Part shown: positions 62,748 through 64,000 of the stretch, one piece after another
Numbering within the stretch: the first letter of the stretch is position 1
Layout of the letters: the number at the start of each line of letters is the position of its first letter
Notes under the pieces: generated by a model
Databases searched by the model: none
What the model was told of the DNA's origin: nothing
The model's input: the letters and a program-made list of their open reading frames with translations, nothing else
Program-made: the position numbers and the translations under genes
NCBI GenBank assembly: GCA_010909165.1
Contig: MU008165.1
Span: 930,001 to 994,000, forward strand
Direction: 5' to 3'
Source of the DNA: Anthoceros angustus
Lineage: Eukaryota > Plantae > Anthocerotophyta
Length of the DNA: 64,000 nt

Positions 62748-64000
62748 TGATGAAATATATTAGGTATAGGGCACTATTCACTAGGGCACCTTTACTTAAT
62801 GATTATTATATGCCTAGGGCACTAAGTAGTTTTCTTTAGGTGGTTATTTAGGTAGTTAGTTGTTATAACCACTTATGGTTACAACCACTTATAGTTACAA
62901 CAACTTATGGTTGTAACCACCGACTCTACCTACTATTTAAACACTCTTGTATTTTCTATTATGTAATGCAACTCTACAAGACTCTTTTGCAAGTGCGTTT
63001 GTGCGTGATTCTCATCATGGTATCGAGCTTGGCTCTAGATGCTTGAGCACCTTGCTTGCCTCTTCTTTAGGCATGAATTCTTTTGTGCATTACTAATTTT
63101 GCAGCATGGAATTTTGGCTTGGAGGCAACTTTACAGTTATGCTCAACATCATATTTTTATGATGCACAAATTGTGCATCACTTTCTTGACTCCTTCTCAT
63201 GGGGCAAGGAAGTAGGAGGAGATTGAAGGCTGCATCAAGGAGAATGCATCAAATTATAATAATTCGATAAATTTATAGATCCAATTGAAAGAGATTCTAA
63301 ATTTATTAGCAATTTTATTGGTGCAATCCTTATAAAATCGAGAATCAAGGAGAGTTGATTGAGGTTGCTAAGAGAGATTTACTTACTTGTTTTAGTTTAT
63401 CACAAGTAGAATCTCTAGTTTTAGCACTCCAACACATTCCTAATCTACATCTTTGGTCTGTTGTGATTAGTAGCATGATTCTCTGACCTCTCCTTAAATC
63501 TATCAAAATAGATTCGAACTTAGACATGATGTCATTAGTAGACAATTGTCGTCTTTGGCTCATGCCTTCAATCATTTAGATGGATGCATTGAAGACTTAG
63601 ATACTAAAATGTCTAAAAGTTCCCTGCAGAAATTCACATTTTTACCTGCAGATTCTGTTTTTGATATGATTGGAGCATCGTCTGGTGAAATCTCCTCCAA
63701 GACGCACACGACGTAGTCGTGGTCTTTAAACATCACCGCCATGGCTAGTCGGGAAGATGAGGGAGAGCAACTTGACGAAGAAGTCAACATCAACAAGGAC
63801 CTTATTGAGACCAAATCAATGGTTGTCAATAATTATGGAGACTTCAAAGAAAAGGATGATTCAATGGCAAGGACTACGGCGTCGCGCTGCGAATGAGGGA
63901 GTATTATGAACCGTGACCTATGGGATATTGTCGGAGCCTTAGAGCGCCCAAGATGGGGTCGACAAAACGCACTGGATGCGAAGGATGAGAGAGCCAGGAT
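62748..64000 (+). mobile_element. Ty1/copia element 5' end: LTR 62748-63017, PBS(Met), start of gag
   Basis: TGATGAAA...CTCATCA followed by TGGTATCGAGC (63018-63028); frameshifted FNGKDYGV..RM...MNRDLWDIV...DAKDERAR at ~63860-64000 fits a copia gag N-terminus. Confidence 0.85.

Overview
Repeat-rich eukaryotic DNA with spliceosomal introns, plant LTR retroelements and a CYP85-clan P450. It is probably from a land plant; a non-seed plant is my inference. Near-identical repeats carry many copy-specific 1-bp indels in homopolymers, whereas the P450 at 41191-43549 splices into an intact 1455-nt frame, so frameshifts inside repeats are probably unpolished long-read errors. Main content: (i) three copies of a minimal CAMK-group Ser/Thr kinase cassette embedded antisense in an LTR-retroelement-like unit. 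Its apparent 228-bp 'satellite' looks like an amplified exon+intron module carrying a 16-codon uORF. (ii) A nested Ty3/gypsy element, Ty1/copia remnants and a CRE/RLE-like LINE fragment. (iii) An A1 aspartic protease. (iv) A KH-polyQ-RING gene. (v) Two oppositely oriented CYP85-clan P450s, each next to an intronless ~1,080-aa VWA/Cys-rich gene, plus a partial third copy of that gene. (vi) A short structured retroposon-like family with a (TTC)n tail. (vii) GC-rich palindromic arrays and an unknown ORF cut by a copia insertion. No database searches were run; family assignments come from motifs recognised by eye.
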